A stretch of DNA of 64,000 nt from an uncultured Gemmatimonadales bacterium (GTDB taxonomy: Bacteria; Gemmatimonadota; Gemmatimonadetes; Longimicrobiales; Gaopeijiaceae): the NCBI GenBank assembly GCA_963809895.1, contig CAWELD010000003.1:160001-224000 (forward strand), given 5' to 3'. Of the stretch, positions 49,095 to 64,000 are shown piece after piece. The position numbers were made by a program, and so were the translations under genes. The notes below the pieces were generated by a model. That model ran no database searches. It saw nothing but the letters and a program-made list of their open reading frames with translations, and was not told the origin of the DNA. Each line of letters opens with the position of its first letter. The stretch's first letter is position 1.

Positions 49095-50500
49095 CGAGGC
49101 GGGCGCGAACCCTCCTCCTGTGCGTGCCGCTGCTGGCGGGATGCGTCTACTTCAACGCGCTCTACAACGCACGCGAGCGCCTCGCGGACGGTGAGCGGGC
49201 CCGCCAGGCGGGTCGCGCGGACGAAGCCCGGGCCGCCTACGACGATGCGGTGCGCAAGGCCGCGCGCAGCTACCGCAAGGAACCCGACGGGCGCTGGGCG
49301 GACGACGCACTCTACGTGCTCGGTCGCGCGTATCTGCGACAGGGCCGCCTGGTGGAGGCGCGGGACGCCCTGGCCGAGGCCGTGCGCATCACGGACGACG
49401 ACAACGTGCGCGAAGGCGCGTCGCTCTACCTGGGCGCGGCCCTCTCACTCACCGGCGAGCCGGCTCGGGGCCTGCGGCTTCTGAACGAGGCCATCCGGAA
49501 CCTTCCCGCGGGGCCGCTCCGGGCGGAGGGACACTACTGGCGGGCCCGCTTGCTCCTGACCCAGGGGATGGCCGATCAGGGCTGGTGGGACCTGGACCGC
49601 GCCGCCGAAGAGGATCCTTCGCTGGGCGTGCCCGCCCACCTGGAGCGGCTCCAGTGGGGCGTTCTGCGCGACGATCCCGTGCGTGCCGCCGAGGGGGCCG
49701 CGGCGCTGTTGGCGCTCCCCCAGGGTGCGGCACGGGTCGATTCCCTGGGGGCGCTGGTGCGTCAGGCGGAACGTCGCTGGGGCCCCGGTCCCGCCGCCGA
49801 GCTGTTGGCGCCGGCCCGGGGTGGGAGCTGGCCGCCGGTCCCGCGGGGCGAGGTGCTGTTCCTGCGGGCCCGGCTGCTGGCCGAGGCCGGCGACACGCTG
49901 GCGGCGGAATCCGAGGCCGGATGGGTCGCGGGAGGCGTGGGAGACGCGGCGGTGGACGCCCGCCTGCTGCTGGCGCGCATCCGGATTCGACGAGCCGCGG
50001 TGGTGGGGGACCTCGGCTCTGCCAGAACCGTTCTCCTTCCCGCCGCCGGTCAGGCCGAGGTGCGGGCCCTGGCCGAGGAGATCCGGACCGTGGAGCTACT
50101 GTGCGAGTGGGCCGTCGAGACACCGGAGGCGTATTTCGCCGCCGCCGAGCTGGCGCGGGACGCCCTGGGTGCGCCGGTCCTGGCGCGGCACCTGTTCCTG
50201 GCCTATGCCGACGCGGCGCCCCGCGGGCCGTGGACCGGCAAGGCGTTGCTCGCGGCACTGGCGCTGCAGGGCCCGTCCGACGAGGATGTTGCGATCCGGG
50301 GTCGGCTGGCGCGCGTGCCCGGCGATCCCTACGTCCGCGAATCCAGGAACGGATTCTCCGCCGCCGGCGGGTCCTCGCCGCTGGGACGTCTCGAGCGGGA
50401 CCTGGCGGCCCGGGTCGAGACGCTGGTGGGGCGCGCGCGAGCGGAGGCCCGCCGCAGAGACGTGCAGCTACGGGGTGACACCGTTCCAGGCCGTCGGTGA
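49091..50500 (+). CDS. TPR-containing lipoprotein
   Basis: Lipobox LAGC then VYFNALYNA; WADDALYVLGRAY TPR-like helices. Confidence 0.8.
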   Translation: MTRRARTLLLCVPLLAGCVYFNALYNARERLADGERARQAGRADEARAAYDDAVRKAARSYRKEPDGRWADDALYVLGRAYLRQGRLVEARDALAEAVRITDDDNVREGASLYLGAALSLTGEPARGLRLLNEAIRNLPAGPLRAEGHYWRARLLLTQGMADQGWWDLDRAAEEDPSLGVPAHLERLQWGVLRDDPVRAAEGAAALLALPQGAARVDSLGALVRQAERRWGPGPAAELLAPARGGSWPPVPRGEVLFLRARLLAEAGDTLAAESEAGWVAGGVGDAAVDARLLLARIRIRRAAVVGDLGSARTVLLPAAGQAEVRALAEEIRTVELLCEWAVETPEAYFAAAELARDALGAPVLARHLFLAYADAAPRGPWTGKALLAALALQGPSDEDVAIRGRLARVPGDPYVRESRNGFSAAGGSSPLGRLERDLAARVETLVGRARAEARRRDVQLRGDTVPGRR

Positions 50501-51405
50501 ACCCAGGGGAGCATGACGTGGAGCTATTCGGCACGACGTTCCAGAATCCCGTGCTCCTGGCCGCCGGGACCTGCGGCTTCGGACGCGAGGTGGCGTCGGT
50601 CATCGACCTCGAGGCCCTCGGCGGGCTGGTCACCAAGTCCGTGACGCTGGAGCCGCGCTGGGGGAATCCTGCGCCTCGGGTCGCCGAGTTCGGCGCAGGA
50701 ATGCTCAACTCCATCGGACTGGCCAATCCCGGCGTCGACGCGGTCCGCAAGAGCAAGCTTCCGTGGTTGGCGTCGTCGTTGACCCGCGCCCGCGTCTTCG
50801 TGAGCCTGGCCGGCCACACGCCCGACGAGTATCCGGAGCTCGTGTCGAAGCTGGACGACGCCCAGGGCTTCGTGGGCTTCGAGCTCAACCTCTCCTGTCC
50901 CAACGATACGCGCCGCGGGGGTCTGCCGTTCGCCCTCGATCACGAGGCTCTGGCCGCCGTGATCGCGGCCTGCCGGGCCCGTACCGAACGACCTCTGCTG
51001 GCGAAGCTGGCGCCCAACGACCCGGACCTTCCGGCCGCGGCCCGCGCCGCCGAAGACGCTGGCGCCGACGGCCTCACGCTGGTGAACACCCTTCCGGGCC
51101 GCATCCTCGATCCCGACACCGGACGCCCCGCGCTCGGCGCGGGGCAGGGTGGGGTCAGCGGGCCGGCGCTGCGCCCCGTGGGCGTGCAGGCCGTGGCCGC
51201 CGTGCGCGTGGCATGCCAGTTGCCCCTGATCGGGGTGGGTGGCATCGGCCGTGCAGACCATGCTCGGGAGTACCTGCGGGCGGGAGCTTCCCTGGTGCAG
51301 ATGGGTACAGCCGTAATGGCCAATCCTCGCGCGCCGGAGCGCGTCGCGGCGCGTCTCGCCGTGCGAGAACCGACCTGGACCAAGGAGGCGAAGTGGCCGA
51401 AGTGA
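50497..51405 (+). CDS. pyrD: Dihydroorotate dehydrogenase, family 1
   Basis: NPVLLAAGT, GNPAPRVAE, MLNSIGLANPG, ELNLSCPN, GGVSGPALRP. Confidence 0.93.
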   Translation: MNPGEHDVELFGTTFQNPVLLAAGTCGFGREVASVIDLEALGGLVTKSVTLEPRWGNPAPRVAEFGAGMLNSIGLANPGVDAVRKSKLPWLASSLTRARVFVSLAGHTPDEYPELVSKLDDAQGFVGFELNLSCPNDTRRGGLPFALDHEALAAVIAACRARTERPLLAKLAPNDPDLPAAARAAEDAGADGLTLVNTLPGRILDPDTGRPALGAGQGGVSGPALRPVGVQAVAAVRVACQLPLIGVGGIGRADHAREYLRAGASLVQMGTAVMANPRAPERVAARLAVREPTWTKEAKWPK

Positions 51406-52088
51406 TCGTGGCCCTGGATGTGTCGTCGCAGGACGAAGCGCTCGACCTCGTCGACCGCCTCGGCGACGCCGGGCGCTTCTACAAGGTCGGCCTGGAGCTC
51501 TTCTGCCGTGAGGGCCCGCCCGTCCTGAGGGCACTGCGCGAGCGAGACAAGCAGGTGTTCCTGGACCTCAAGCTCCTGGACATCCCCAACACCGTGGCGG
51601 GGGCCGTCCGCGCCGCCGTCGACCACGAGGTCGACCTCCTGACCGTGCACACCACCGGGGGCACGGAGATGATGGAAGCGGCGGTGGAAGCCGCGGCCGG
51701 TGAGGTGCGGCTCCTGGGTGTCACGCTACTGACGTCGCTGGGCCCCAACCAGGTGGAGAGCATCTGGGGTCGTGAGCTCCTCTCCCTGCGCGACGAGGTC
51801 GTGCGCCTCGCCGAGCTGGCCGTGGACGCGGGCATCCAGGGACTGGTGTCGTCCGCGCTGGAGGTCGAGACCCTCCGGCGTCGTCTGGGAGACGAGCCCT
51901 ACCTGGTGACCCCGGGGATCCGGCTGGCCGGCGGTGCCACCCACGACCAGACGCGCGTGGCGACGCCGGCGGCGGCGGTGGAGGCCGGAGCGGATGCGCT
52001 GGTCGTGGGCCGGGCCGTGACCCGCGCCCCCGATCCGGAGGCCGCCCTTGCGGAGATTCTCAGAGCGTGCGCCGGGGTGCCTTCGTGA
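51393..52088 (+). CDS. pyrF: Orotidine-5'-phosphate decarboxylase
   Basis: IVALD, YKVGLELF, FLDLKLLDIPNTV, VTPGIR, VVGRAVT. Confidence 0.95.
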   Translation: MAEVIVALDVSSQDEALDLVDRLGDAGRFYKVGLELFCREGPPVLRALRERDKQVFLDLKLLDIPNTVAGAVRAAVDHEVDLLTVHTTGGTEMMEAAVEAAAGEVRLLGVTLLTSLGPNQVESIWGRELLSLRDEVVRLAELAVDAGIQGLVSSALEVETLRRRLGDEPYLVTPGIRLAGGATHDQTRVATPAAAVEAGADALVVGRAVTRAPDPEAALAEILRACAGVPS

Positions 52089-52534
52089 GAGCCATGCCCT
52101 GGAGGCCGGCGCCCTGGGCGCTCGCCTGTGTCCTGGCGGTGCTGGCCCTTCCGGCTGGCGCCGCCGCCCAGGGTGACGCCGCCTCTCTCGCCAGGACCGT
52201 GGCGCAGGCGTGGGCCCGCAGAGACGTGGGCACCATCGGATCACTCATGCAGCCCTCCGGCCTGCGCGTGCAGCTCGACGGCGAAGGGCACACCGGTGTG
52301 AGCCCCCGTCAGGCACGTGCCTCACTGGCCTCCTTCCTGGACCGCCACGAGGTCGGTGAGGTTCGCGTGCGCCGGACCGAAGTGCTCGGCGGCGTGCCCG
52401 CCAAGGGCTTCGCGGAGCTCGATTGGGTCGTTCAACCCAGAGGAGCCCGTGAGTCGGTCGCCTACGTTATCTTCCTCGGCCTCGAGCGCTCGGACGACCA
52501 ATGGCGGATCGACGAGATCCGCATCGTCCGATAG
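52085..52534 (+). CDS. Hypothetical secreted protein, NTF2-like fold likely
   Basis: Signal peptide ending AAAQ; C-terminal W.I.EIR typical of NTF2-like domains; start uncertain. Confidence 0.65.
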   Translation: MRAMPWRPAPWALACVLAVLALPAGAAAQGDAASLARTVAQAWARRDVGTIGSLMQPSGLRVQLDGEGHTGVSPRQARASLASFLDRHEVGEVRVRRTEVLGGVPAKGFAELDWVVQPRGARESVAYVIFLGLERSDDQWRIDEIRIVR

Positions 52535-52588
52535 CGTGACACCGCCGGGCTCGCGCGAGCCCACGCCGTCCACCGATCCCCTGGACCC

Positions 52589-54037
52589 ATGCCGCTGAAG
52601 CTCTACAACTCGTTGACGCGATCCCTGGACGTCTTCGAGCCCGCGGATCCGCCCACGGTGCGCGTCTACGGATGCGGACCCACCATCTACGGTGCCGCGC
52701 ACATCGGTAACTTCAGGACCTTCATGGTCTACGACCTCCTGCACCGGTACCTGCGTTGGAAGGGATGGGAGCCGCGCTTCGTGGTGAACTTCACCGACGT
52801 GGACGACAAGACCATCGAGGGTGCCGAACGGGAGGGGAAGCAGCTCGGCGAGTACACCGAGCCCTTCGGCGAGGCGTTCCTGGCGGATGCCGCGACGCTC
52901 GGGATCCAGACCTTCGACGTCATGCCCCGTGCCACCGAGCACGTGGACGACATGATCGCGTGGATCGAGCGGCTGGAGGCCAGGGGTCTGGCCTACCGGG
53001 CCGACGACGGGTCCGTGTATTTCCGCATCTCCGCCTTCGACGGCTACGGGCGCCTGTCCGGCAATCGTCCCGGCGACGACACGTCGCACTCGCGCATCGA
53101 CGCCGACGAGTACGACAAGGACGACGTACGGGACTTCGTGCTCTGGAAGGCGGCGAAACCCCAGGACAGGACCGTGGGCGCGGCCTGGCCGTCTCCCTGG
53201 GGCGAGGGCCGTCCCGGGTGGCACCTGGAGTGCTCCGTCCTGAGCATCGGAGCGCTGGGTGAGACGCTGGACATCCACCTGGGGGGCGAGGATCTCCTCT
53301 TCCCCCACCACGAGAACGAGATCGCCCAGTCCGAGGGCGCGACCGGTCACACCTTCGCGCGCTTCTGGATCCACACGAAGCACCTGCGGGTCGAGGGCCA
53401 GAAGATGTCCAAGTCGCTGGGGAACACCTACACGGTGCCGCAGCTCGTGGACATGGGCCACGCTCCCGCGGCGGTGCGGCACCTCCTCATCTCGGCGCAG
53501 TACCGCAAGGAGCTCAACTTCACCTTCGATGGGCTGGAGGGGTCCGCCCGGGCCGTGCAGCGGCTGGTCGCCCTCCACCGCCGGCTGGACCGTGAGACCG
53601 AGGCACGCGCCGACGCCGGCGAGGCCGGGATCGGCCAGGCGGCCTCGCGCGCCCTGACGTCGTTCGAGGCGGCGTTGGACGACGACCTGAACTCGTCGGA
53701 AGCCCTGGCCGCCCTCTTCACCTTCCTGCGGGACGTGAACAGCGCCCTGGACACCAGCGGAGGCGTGGCGCGGCCCGAGGAGTTGGCCGAGGCGCGGGAG
53801 GCCCTGGCGTCCATGGACCGCGTGTTCGGACTGCTGGAAGCCGCGCTCCGGGCGCGGTACGTCGACGACGACCTGGCCCGGTGGGTGGAAGAGCGGATCG
53901 CGCAGCGCGAAGAGGCCCGGCGCGAGAAGGATTGGGCCCGTGCCGACGCCCTGCGCGACGAACTGACCGCCCGCGGGGTCGTGCTGGAGGACACGCCTCA
54001 GGGCACACGTTGGTCGCTGGAGGGATCGGCGACCTGA
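52589..54037 (+). CDS. cysS: Cysteine--tRNA ligase
   Basis: YGCGPTIY, HIGN, FTDVDDK, GRPGWHLECS, FPHHENE, KMSKSLGN. Confidence 0.97.
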   Translation: MPLKLYNSLTRSLDVFEPADPPTVRVYGCGPTIYGAAHIGNFRTFMVYDLLHRYLRWKGWEPRFVVNFTDVDDKTIEGAEREGKQLGEYTEPFGEAFLADAATLGIQTFDVMPRATEHVDDMIAWIERLEARGLAYRADDGSVYFRISAFDGYGRLSGNRPGDDTSHSRIDADEYDKDDVRDFVLWKAAKPQDRTVGAAWPSPWGEGRPGWHLECSVLSIGALGETLDIHLGGEDLLFPHHENEIAQSEGATGHTFARFWIHTKHLRVEGQKMSKSLGNTYTVPQLVDMGHAPAAVRHLLISAQYRKELNFTFDGLEGSARAVQRLVALHRRLDRETEARADAGEAGIGQAASRALTSFEAALDDDLNSSEALAALFTFLRDVNSALDTSGGVARPEELAEAREALASMDRVFGLLEAALRARYVDDDLARWVEERIAQREEARREKDWARADALRDELTARGVVLEDTPQGTRWSLEGSAT

Positions 54038-54162
54038 GGCTGACGGGCCGATTTTCCTGGCGCTGCCGGTCAGGTCGGTACATCGTAGGCCCGGCCCCCC
54101 TCGGGCCCGGGCCGGTGAACGACCGCCCCGATCTGCTCCAGGCTCGATTCGAGGAGGTTCCG

Positions 54163-54690
54163 ATGAACGAGCTCCCCAGGAAGATCCTCCCACTGCTCCT
54201 CGTGCCCCTCGCCGTCCTCGGCTGCCAGCCCGCGGGCCAGGCCGGAGGGGGCATGGACGACATGGCCCAGCAGCCCGCCATGAGCGCCGCGGAGGTGCGC
54301 GGCGCGGTGGATCAGGTGCGTGCCGCGTGGGTGGAGGCCGCGCAGGCCGGCGATGCGGCGGCCGTGTCGGCGCTCTACACCGACGACGCGGTCATGGTGG
54401 GTGCCGATGGCAACGAGGCCAGAGGGCGCGCGGCCATCCAGGATGCCCTGGCGGCGCAGTTCGGCATGCTGTCGGACCTGAGCATCCAGGTGGCCGACTT
54501 CGGGACCGAGGACGGCGTGGCCTACGAGACGGGCACCTTCAGCCAGACGATGACGCCCGCAGGGGGCGAGGCCGCCAGCATGTCCGGCCGATACATGGTG
54601 GTCCTGCTCCACCAGGACGACGGGTCCTGGAAGATCCGGCAACACCTGACCATGGTGCCGGAGGAGCCGGACATGGGTGACGGCATGTGA
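54163..54690 (+). CDS. YybH/DUF4440 NTF2-like lipoprotein
   Basis: Lipobox VLGC; GDAAAVSALYTDDA, GRAAI, GRYMVV...DGSWKI. Confidence 0.82.
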   Translation: MNELPRKILPLLLVPLAVLGCQPAGQAGGGMDDMAQQPAMSAAEVRGAVDQVRAAWVEAAQAGDAAAVSALYTDDAVMVGADGNEARGRAAIQDALAAQFGMLSDLSIQVADFGTEDGVAYETGTFSQTMTPAGGEAASMSGRYMVVLLHQDDGSWKIRQHLTMVPEEPDMGDGM

Positions 54691-54737
54691 CGCTTCTGGG
54701 CGGGGGTCGGTGCGGACCGGCTCCCGCCGCTGCCGCG

Positions 54738-54766
54738 TTCACCTTCGCCGCGGCGCGCGCTACATT
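54738..54766 (+). promoter_or_regulatory. Sigma70-like promoter for tRNA-Thr(TGT)
   Basis: TTCACC, 17 bp, TACATT, 10 nt before the tRNA. Confidence 0.55.
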
Positions 54767-54776
54767 TCGCCGGTTC

Positions 54777-54849
54777 GCTGGCGTAGCTCAACTGGTAGAG
54801 CAGCTGCCTTGTAAGCAGCAGGTTGCAGGTTCGAGTCCTGTCGCCAGCT
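54777..54849 (+). tRNA. tRNA-Thr (TGT)
   Basis: GCTGGCG/CGCCAGC acceptor stem, GCTGC-CT-TGT-AA-GCAGC, TTCGAGT loop; CCA not encoded. Confidence 0.97.
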
Positions 54850-54903
54850 CTGGCAGCCCGTGGTAGTAACCTGGCGCCCGGGCTGTCAGGGGCAATTGTC
54901 CCC

Positions 54904-54932
54904 TTGATGCCCTCGCGCGACCCGTTTACCTT
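54904..54932 (+). promoter_or_regulatory. Sigma70-like promoter for tRNA-Tyr/Gly/Thr-tuf
   Basis: TTGATG, 17 bp, TACCTT. Confidence 0.55.
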
Positions 54933-55037
54933 TCAAAGCTCATTTTGAGAAGCCACCTCCGAGCCGCGGGTGGCTCTTTCCTTGCCCGAACCGGGGGGAA
55001 GGGGAGAGGGCCACGCGCCCGCATGCCGGCTCGATGC

Positions 55038-55120
55038 GGTGGGGTACCGAAGCGGTCAAACGGGGCAGACTGTAAATCTGCTGGCTCATGCCTTCGAAGG
55101 TTCGAATCCTTCCCCCACCA
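55038..55120 (+). tRNA. tRNA-Tyr (GTA)
   Basis: GGTGGGG/CCCCACC acceptor stem, GCAGA-CT-GTA-AA-TCTGC, long variable arm. Confidence 0.97.
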
Positions 55121-55162
55121 CTGGACCGGTGGACGGCTCGGGCCGAAAGCCGTGAGCGATAC

Positions 55163-55236
55163 GCGGGAGTAGCTCAGTTGGCTAGAGCATCAGCCTTCCA
55201 AGCTGAGGGTCGCGGGTTCGAGTCCCGTCTCCCGCT
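55163..55236 (+). tRNA. tRNA-Gly (TCC)
   Basis: GCGGGAG/CTCCCGC acceptor stem, TCAGC-CT-TCC-AA-GCTGA. Confidence 0.97.
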
Positions 55237-55268
55237 CTCCGGCCAGGACGACATACGCCGGGATCGCC

Positions 55269-55340
55269 GCTCCGATAGCTCAGTGGTAGAGCGCTTCCTT
55301 GGTAAGGAAGAGGTCCCGGGTTCAAGTCCCGGTCGGAGCT
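55269..55340 (+). tRNA. tRNA-Thr (GGT)
   Basis: GCTCCGA/TCGGAGC acceptor stem, CTTCC-TT-GGT-AA-GGAAG. Confidence 0.97.
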
Positions 55341-55429
55341 TCCCTCCGGGGAAGTGAAGAAGTCGAACGAGTCAACCTACAGCTCCAACCCGCGTAGCGG
55401 AGCCGAACGACAACCGTAGAGGAAGCACG

Positions 55430-56623
<1,194 letters not shown>

Positions 56624-56632
56624 GAGATCCTC

Positions 56633-56782
56633 ATGCGGGACAAGATCACGCTCGCGTGCACCGAGTGCGAGGAGCGGAATTACTCCACGACCAAGAACAA
56701 GCGTCTCCATCCCGAGCGGGTGGAGCGCAAGAAGTACTGTCCCCGGTGCCGGACGCACAGGCCGCACAAGGAGACGAAGTAG
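56633..56782 (+). CDS. rpmG: 50S ribosomal protein L33, Zn-ribbon form
   Basis: Manual translation [49 protein letters not shown] (below ORF-track cutoff). Confidence 0.96.
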   Translation: MRDKITLACTECEERNYSTTKNKRLHPERVERKKYCPRCRTHRPHKETK

Positions 56783-56785
56783 ACC

Positions 56786-56998
56786 ATGGGCGTCGTCGAC
56801 AAGGTCGGAGAGACGCGGGACTTCATCGAGGAATCCTACGATGAACTCCGCAAGGTCACCTGGCCGGACTACGAGCAGCTCAAGAACGCCACGCTCGTCG
56901 TGATCGTCTTCTGCGTGCTGATCTCAGCCATGATCTGGCTGATGGACCTCACGGTGCGGACCATCATCAACATGATCATGGGGATCTCCGGGGCCTGA
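56786..56998 (+). CDS. secE: Preprotein translocase subunit SecE
   Basis: ELRKVTWP motif plus one TM helix. Confidence 0.95.
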   Translation: MGVVDKVGETRDFIEESYDELRKVTWPDYEQLKNATLVVIVFCVLISAMIWLMDLTVRTIINMIMGISGA

Positions 56999-57549
56999 TG
57001 TCCGAAGCGAAGCGGTGGTACGCGATCCAGACCTATTCCGGGCACGAGAACAAGGTCCAGAAGCTCATCCAGAGAAAGATCGAGGATGAGGCTGGCGACG
57101 AGCTCGAGGACAAGGAGATCTCCGAGGTGCTGGTCCCCACGCAGGACGTCGTGGAGATCCGCAACGGCAAGAGGGTCACGGTCACCAAGCGGCTGTATCC
57201 GGGCTACGTGCTCGTCCACATGCTCCTGAACGAGCGGACCATGCACGTGGTCAACAACATCCAGGGTGTGATCAAGTTCGTGGGCAGCGGCAAGTCGCCG
57301 CAGCCCCTCCGCGAGGAGGAGATCAACAAGATCCTGGGTGTGGAGGTGCCGGGCGAGGAAGAGGAGTCCCAGGAGGACATCCCCTTCCACGTGGGCCAGG
57401 CGGTCGAGGTCACGCAGGGTCCCTTCACGGACTTCTCGGGCACGGTGCAGGAGGTCTACGCCGACAAGGGCAAGGTGAAGGTGGAGGTCTCGCTCTTCGG
57501 TCGGCCCACGTCGGTGGAGTTGGACTACACACAGTTGAAGGGCTACTGA
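56998..57549 (+). CDS. nusG: Transcription antitermination factor NusG
   Basis: WYAIQTYSGHENKV, LYPGYVLV, GPFTDFSG, FGRPTSVEL. Confidence 0.98.
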   Translation: MSEAKRWYAIQTYSGHENKVQKLIQRKIEDEAGDELEDKEISEVLVPTQDVVEIRNGKRVTVTKRLYPGYVLVHMLLNERTMHVVNNIQGVIKFVGSGKSPQPLREEEINKILGVEVPGEEEESQEDIPFHVGQAVEVTQGPFTDFSGTVQEVYADKGKVKVEVSLFGRPTSVELDYTQLKGY

Positions 57550-57603
57550 CCGGCACCGAGCGCGCGGCGCTCCGTCCGGACATTTTCTCGAGGCAGGCGA
57601 GTC

Positions 57604-58029
57604 ATGGCGAAGAAGGTCGTGGGCTTCATCAAGCTCCATGTGCCCGGTGGTCAAGCGAATCCGGCGCCCCCCGTGGGCCCCGCGCTGGGCCAGCACGGCG
57701 TCAACATCATGGAGTTCTGCAAGCAGTTCAATTCGCGCACGCAGGACAAGCAGGGGCTGACGATCCCGGTGGAGATCACCGTCTACGCCGATCGCTCCTT
57801 CACCTTCATCACCAAGACACCGCCGGCGGCGGTGCTCCTGCTGAAGGCCCTGAACATCCCCAAGGGATCCGGGGTCCCGAACCGGGAAAAGGTGGCGAAG
57901 GTGTCGAGCGCCAAGCTCCGTGAGATCGCCCAGGAGAAGATGCCGGATCTGAACACCACCGACATCGAGTCCGCCATGAGGCAGATCGCCGGAACGGCGC
58001 GCTCCATGGGCATCGAGGTGGAAGGGTAG
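57604..58029 (+). CDS. rplK: 50S ribosomal protein L11
   Basis: [26 protein letters not shown]. Confidence 0.99.
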   Translation: MAKKVVGFIKLHVPGGQANPAPPVGPALGQHGVNIMEFCKQFNSRTQDKQGLTIPVEITVYADRSFTFITKTPPAAVLLLKALNIPKGSGVPNREKVAKVSSAKLREIAQEKMPDLNTTDIESAMRQIAGTARSMGIEVEG

Positions 58030-58188
58030 GCGAGGAACCCGAAACGCAGGCGGAGCGGATCGCCCGCTCGCCTTCATACGGCCACGAAGTCGGCGGCGCC
58101 CAGGCGCCGCCCCTCGTCGGCCGATCCGAGAACCACCGCTGAGAGCCGCCAGCGGTGGGAGGATGATACGAGACGGCTCGAGATTGAC

Positions 58189-58887
58189 ATGCCGAAGCAC
58201 GGGAAGCAGTACCGCCAGGCCCGGGAGTCCGTCCCGGCCGGGGTCAGCTTCGCTCCTTCTGAGGCTCTGCAACTGGTCAAGGACCTGGCGTTCGCCAAGT
58301 TCGACGAGTCCGTGGAGGTCGCCACGCGCCTTAGCGTCGACCCCCGGAAGGCGGACCAGATCGTGCGTGGCACCGTGGTCCTCCCGCACGGGACGGGCAA
58401 GACGGTGCGCGTGCTGGTCGCCGCGCAGGGCGAGAAGGAGCGAGAGGCCGAAGAGGCGGGCGCGGACTACGTCGGGCTCGAATACGTCGAGAAGATCCAG
58501 CAGGGCTGGCTCGACTTCGACGTCATGGTGGCCACTCCGGACGTCATGGGAAAGGTGGGACCGCTGGGCCGGATCCTCGGCCCGCGCGGGCTCATGCCGA
58601 CGCCCAAGGCCGGCACGGTCACCTTCGACGTGGGCAAGGCCGTCCGCGACATCAAGGCCGGTAAGATCGAGTTCCGGGTAGACAAGACCGGGAACGTGCA
58701 CGCGCCCATCGGGCGGGTGTCCTTCGACACCGATGCGCTTTCGGAGAATCTGGGTGCGTTCATGGACCAGATCGTCCGCGCCAGGCCGGCGGCGGCCAAG
58801 GGCGCCTACGTGCGCAGCGTCACGGTGTCCAGCACCATGGGGCCCGGCGTGAGCATCGACGCGAACCTCTATCGCCGGAGCTTGTGA
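58189..58887 (+). CDS. rplA: 50S ribosomal protein L1
   Basis: [42 protein letters not shown]. Confidence 0.99.
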   Translation: MPKHGKQYRQARESVPAGVSFAPSEALQLVKDLAFAKFDESVEVATRLSVDPRKADQIVRGTVVLPHGTGKTVRVLVAAQGEKEREAEEAGADYVGLEYVEKIQQGWLDFDVMVATPDVMGKVGPLGRILGPRGLMPTPKAGTVTFDVGKAVRDIKAGKIEFRVDKTGNVHAPIGRVSFDTDALSENLGAFMDQIVRARPAAAKGAYVRSVTVSSTMGPGVSIDANLYRRSL

Positions 58888-59417
58888 TGAAGCGCAGTGC
58901 CAAGGAGGGCTTCGTCGAGGAGCTCCGCGAGCGCCTGGAGCGGGCTCCGGTGCTCTATCTCACCGACTTCACCGGCCTGAACGTGAAGTCGATGACCATC
59001 CTGCGGCAGAAGCTCAAGGAAAGCGGGGCCGAGTATCTGGTGGGCAAGAACCGCCTGATGCTCAGGGCCTTTCAGGAGACCGAGCTCCCGGATCTCGCCG
59101 AGGCTCTGACGGGACCCACCGGTATCGTCTTCGGTTACGAGGACGCGGTGGGGCCCGCCAAGGCGCTCTCCGAGTTCGCCAAGGAGCACGGCGATCGCCC
59201 GGTGTTCAAGCTGGGTGTGCTCGAGAACGAAGTGCTCGAGCCGGCGCAGATCGACCGGTTGGCCAAGCTGCCTCCCAAGGAGCAGCTCCTGGCCGAACTG
59301 GCCGGCGCCATGCAGGCGCCTCTGGCCGCCCTCGCGGGTGCGTTGGAGGCCAAGCTCCAGGAGATGGCCGGCCTTCTGGATGCCTACAAGGCGAAGAAGC
59401 AGGAAGCTGGCGAGTAG
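58887..59417 (+). CDS. rplJ: 50S ribosomal protein L10
   Basis: TDFTGLNV...[33 protein letters not shown] overlap with rplA. Confidence 0.97.
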   Translation: MKRSAKEGFVEELRERLERAPVLYLTDFTGLNVKSMTILRQKLKESGAEYLVGKNRLMLRAFQETELPDLAEALTGPTGIVFGYEDAVGPAKALSEFAKEHGDRPVFKLGVLENEVLEPAQIDRLAKLPPKEQLLAELAGAMQAPLAALAGALEAKLQEMAGLLDAYKAKKQEAGE

Positions 59418-59476
59418 CACTCGCAGATTCACCCAACGCCGGCTCGAGGCCGGGACGTAAGGAGGAATTAGGAACC

Positions 59477-59854
59477 ATGGCGACCAAGCACGAAGAGCTT
59501 CTTGACACCATCGGGAACATGACGGTGCTGGAGCTGTCCGAGTTCGTGGAGGCCTTCAAGGACAAGTTCAACGTCCAGGCGATGGCAGCCCCCGTGGCTG
59601 CCATGCCGGGCGCTGGCGCCGCCGCCGAGGCGGCCGAGGAGAAGGACGAGTTCGACGTCGTTCTCGAGGGCATCGGCGACAAGAAGATCCAGGTCATCAA
59701 GGTGGTGCGTGAGATCACCGGCCTGGGCCTGAAGGAGGCCAAGGAGGCGGTGGACAACGCCCCGACGACCCTGAAGGAGGCCGCCTCGAAGGAGGAGGCC
59801 GAGCAGATGAAGGCGAAGCTGGAGGAGCAGGGCGCCACGGTCGCTCTGAAGTAG
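59477..59854 (+). CDS. rplL: 50S ribosomal protein L7/L12
   Basis: [38 protein letters not shown]. Confidence 0.99.
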   Translation: MATKHEELLDTIGNMTVLELSEFVEAFKDKFNVQAMAAPVAAMPGAGAAAEAAEEKDEFDVVLEGIGDKKIQVIKVVREITGLGLKEAKEAVDNAPTTLKEAASKEEAEQMKAKLEEQGATVALK

Positions 59855-59909
59855 GTCCCGACCGGGCTCCGGCCCCCCGTGAGGGGCGGCCGGAGCCGGC
59901 GGTCGGACC
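59854..59909 (+). terminator. Long GC-rich hairpin between rplL and rpoB (terminator/attenuator or processing site)
   Basis: GGCTCCGGCC-CCCC-GTGA-GGGG-C-GGCCGGAGCC extended by CCGACCG/CGGTCGG; no U tract. Confidence 0.45.
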
Positions 59910-60094
59910 CACCCGACAGCACGGGCCGCGGGTTCAGAGAACCCGGACGGTCCGCGTGGGTCCCCGCCGTGGGAGCCGCCCCCGAGTGGGCGGTCCGACG
60001 GGCCGGGGATTTCCGCGCTTGACGGAAGTCGCACACGACACATCCGATACGCTCGCCCATGCGGCGGACGATATCGGCTAAGGGGGGAATCCCG

Positions 60095-64000
<3,906 letters not shown>

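Noticed and set aside
54777..55340. Mobile element integrated at the tRNA cluster
   Set aside because: No integrase, no duplicated tRNA 3' end, ordinary gene order on both sides
60019..60053. Dedicated rpoB promoter (TTGACG ... TACGCT)
   Set aside because: Spacer is 23 bp, too long for a sigma70 promoter

Overview
High-GC bacterial chromosomal window; gene content and order suggest Gemmatimonadota (inference, not searched). Left to right: end of a patatin-like gene; two tandem padR + duplicated-orphan-permease (ADOP/MacB-type) pairs; a minus-strand hydrolase block (LolA-like lipoprotein, S10 carboxypeptidase, ggt, M20 amidohydrolase); murQ-anmK-GT-C membrane protein; a large peptidase/beta-propeller/Omp85 fusion; class II ribonucleotide reductase nrdJ with a sigma70 promoter, tandem NrdR boxes and DnaA-like boxes; an accessory stretch (23.2-33.2 kb); then housekeeping genes (rocD, fabH, dksA, rnd, pyk, pgi, smpB, amidase, pyrD, pyrF, cysS), four tRNAs and the tuf-rpmG-secE-nusG-rplKAJL-rpoB cluster (rpoB runs off the end). 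The best candidate for an undescribed system is at 27.8-32.8 kb: a stand-alone SARP/BTAD activator next to two convergent, Cys-rich, signal-peptide-less hypothetical proteins. One has a Ser-rich, Gly-flanked hydrophobic hairpin like the stem of beta-pore-forming toxins; the other is a beta-rich multidomain protein. Both promoters carry the same YGNGAYG heptamer repeated every 11 bp, ending 9 bp before a -10-like hexamer. Four single-base frameshifts at G/C runs are probably assembly errors.
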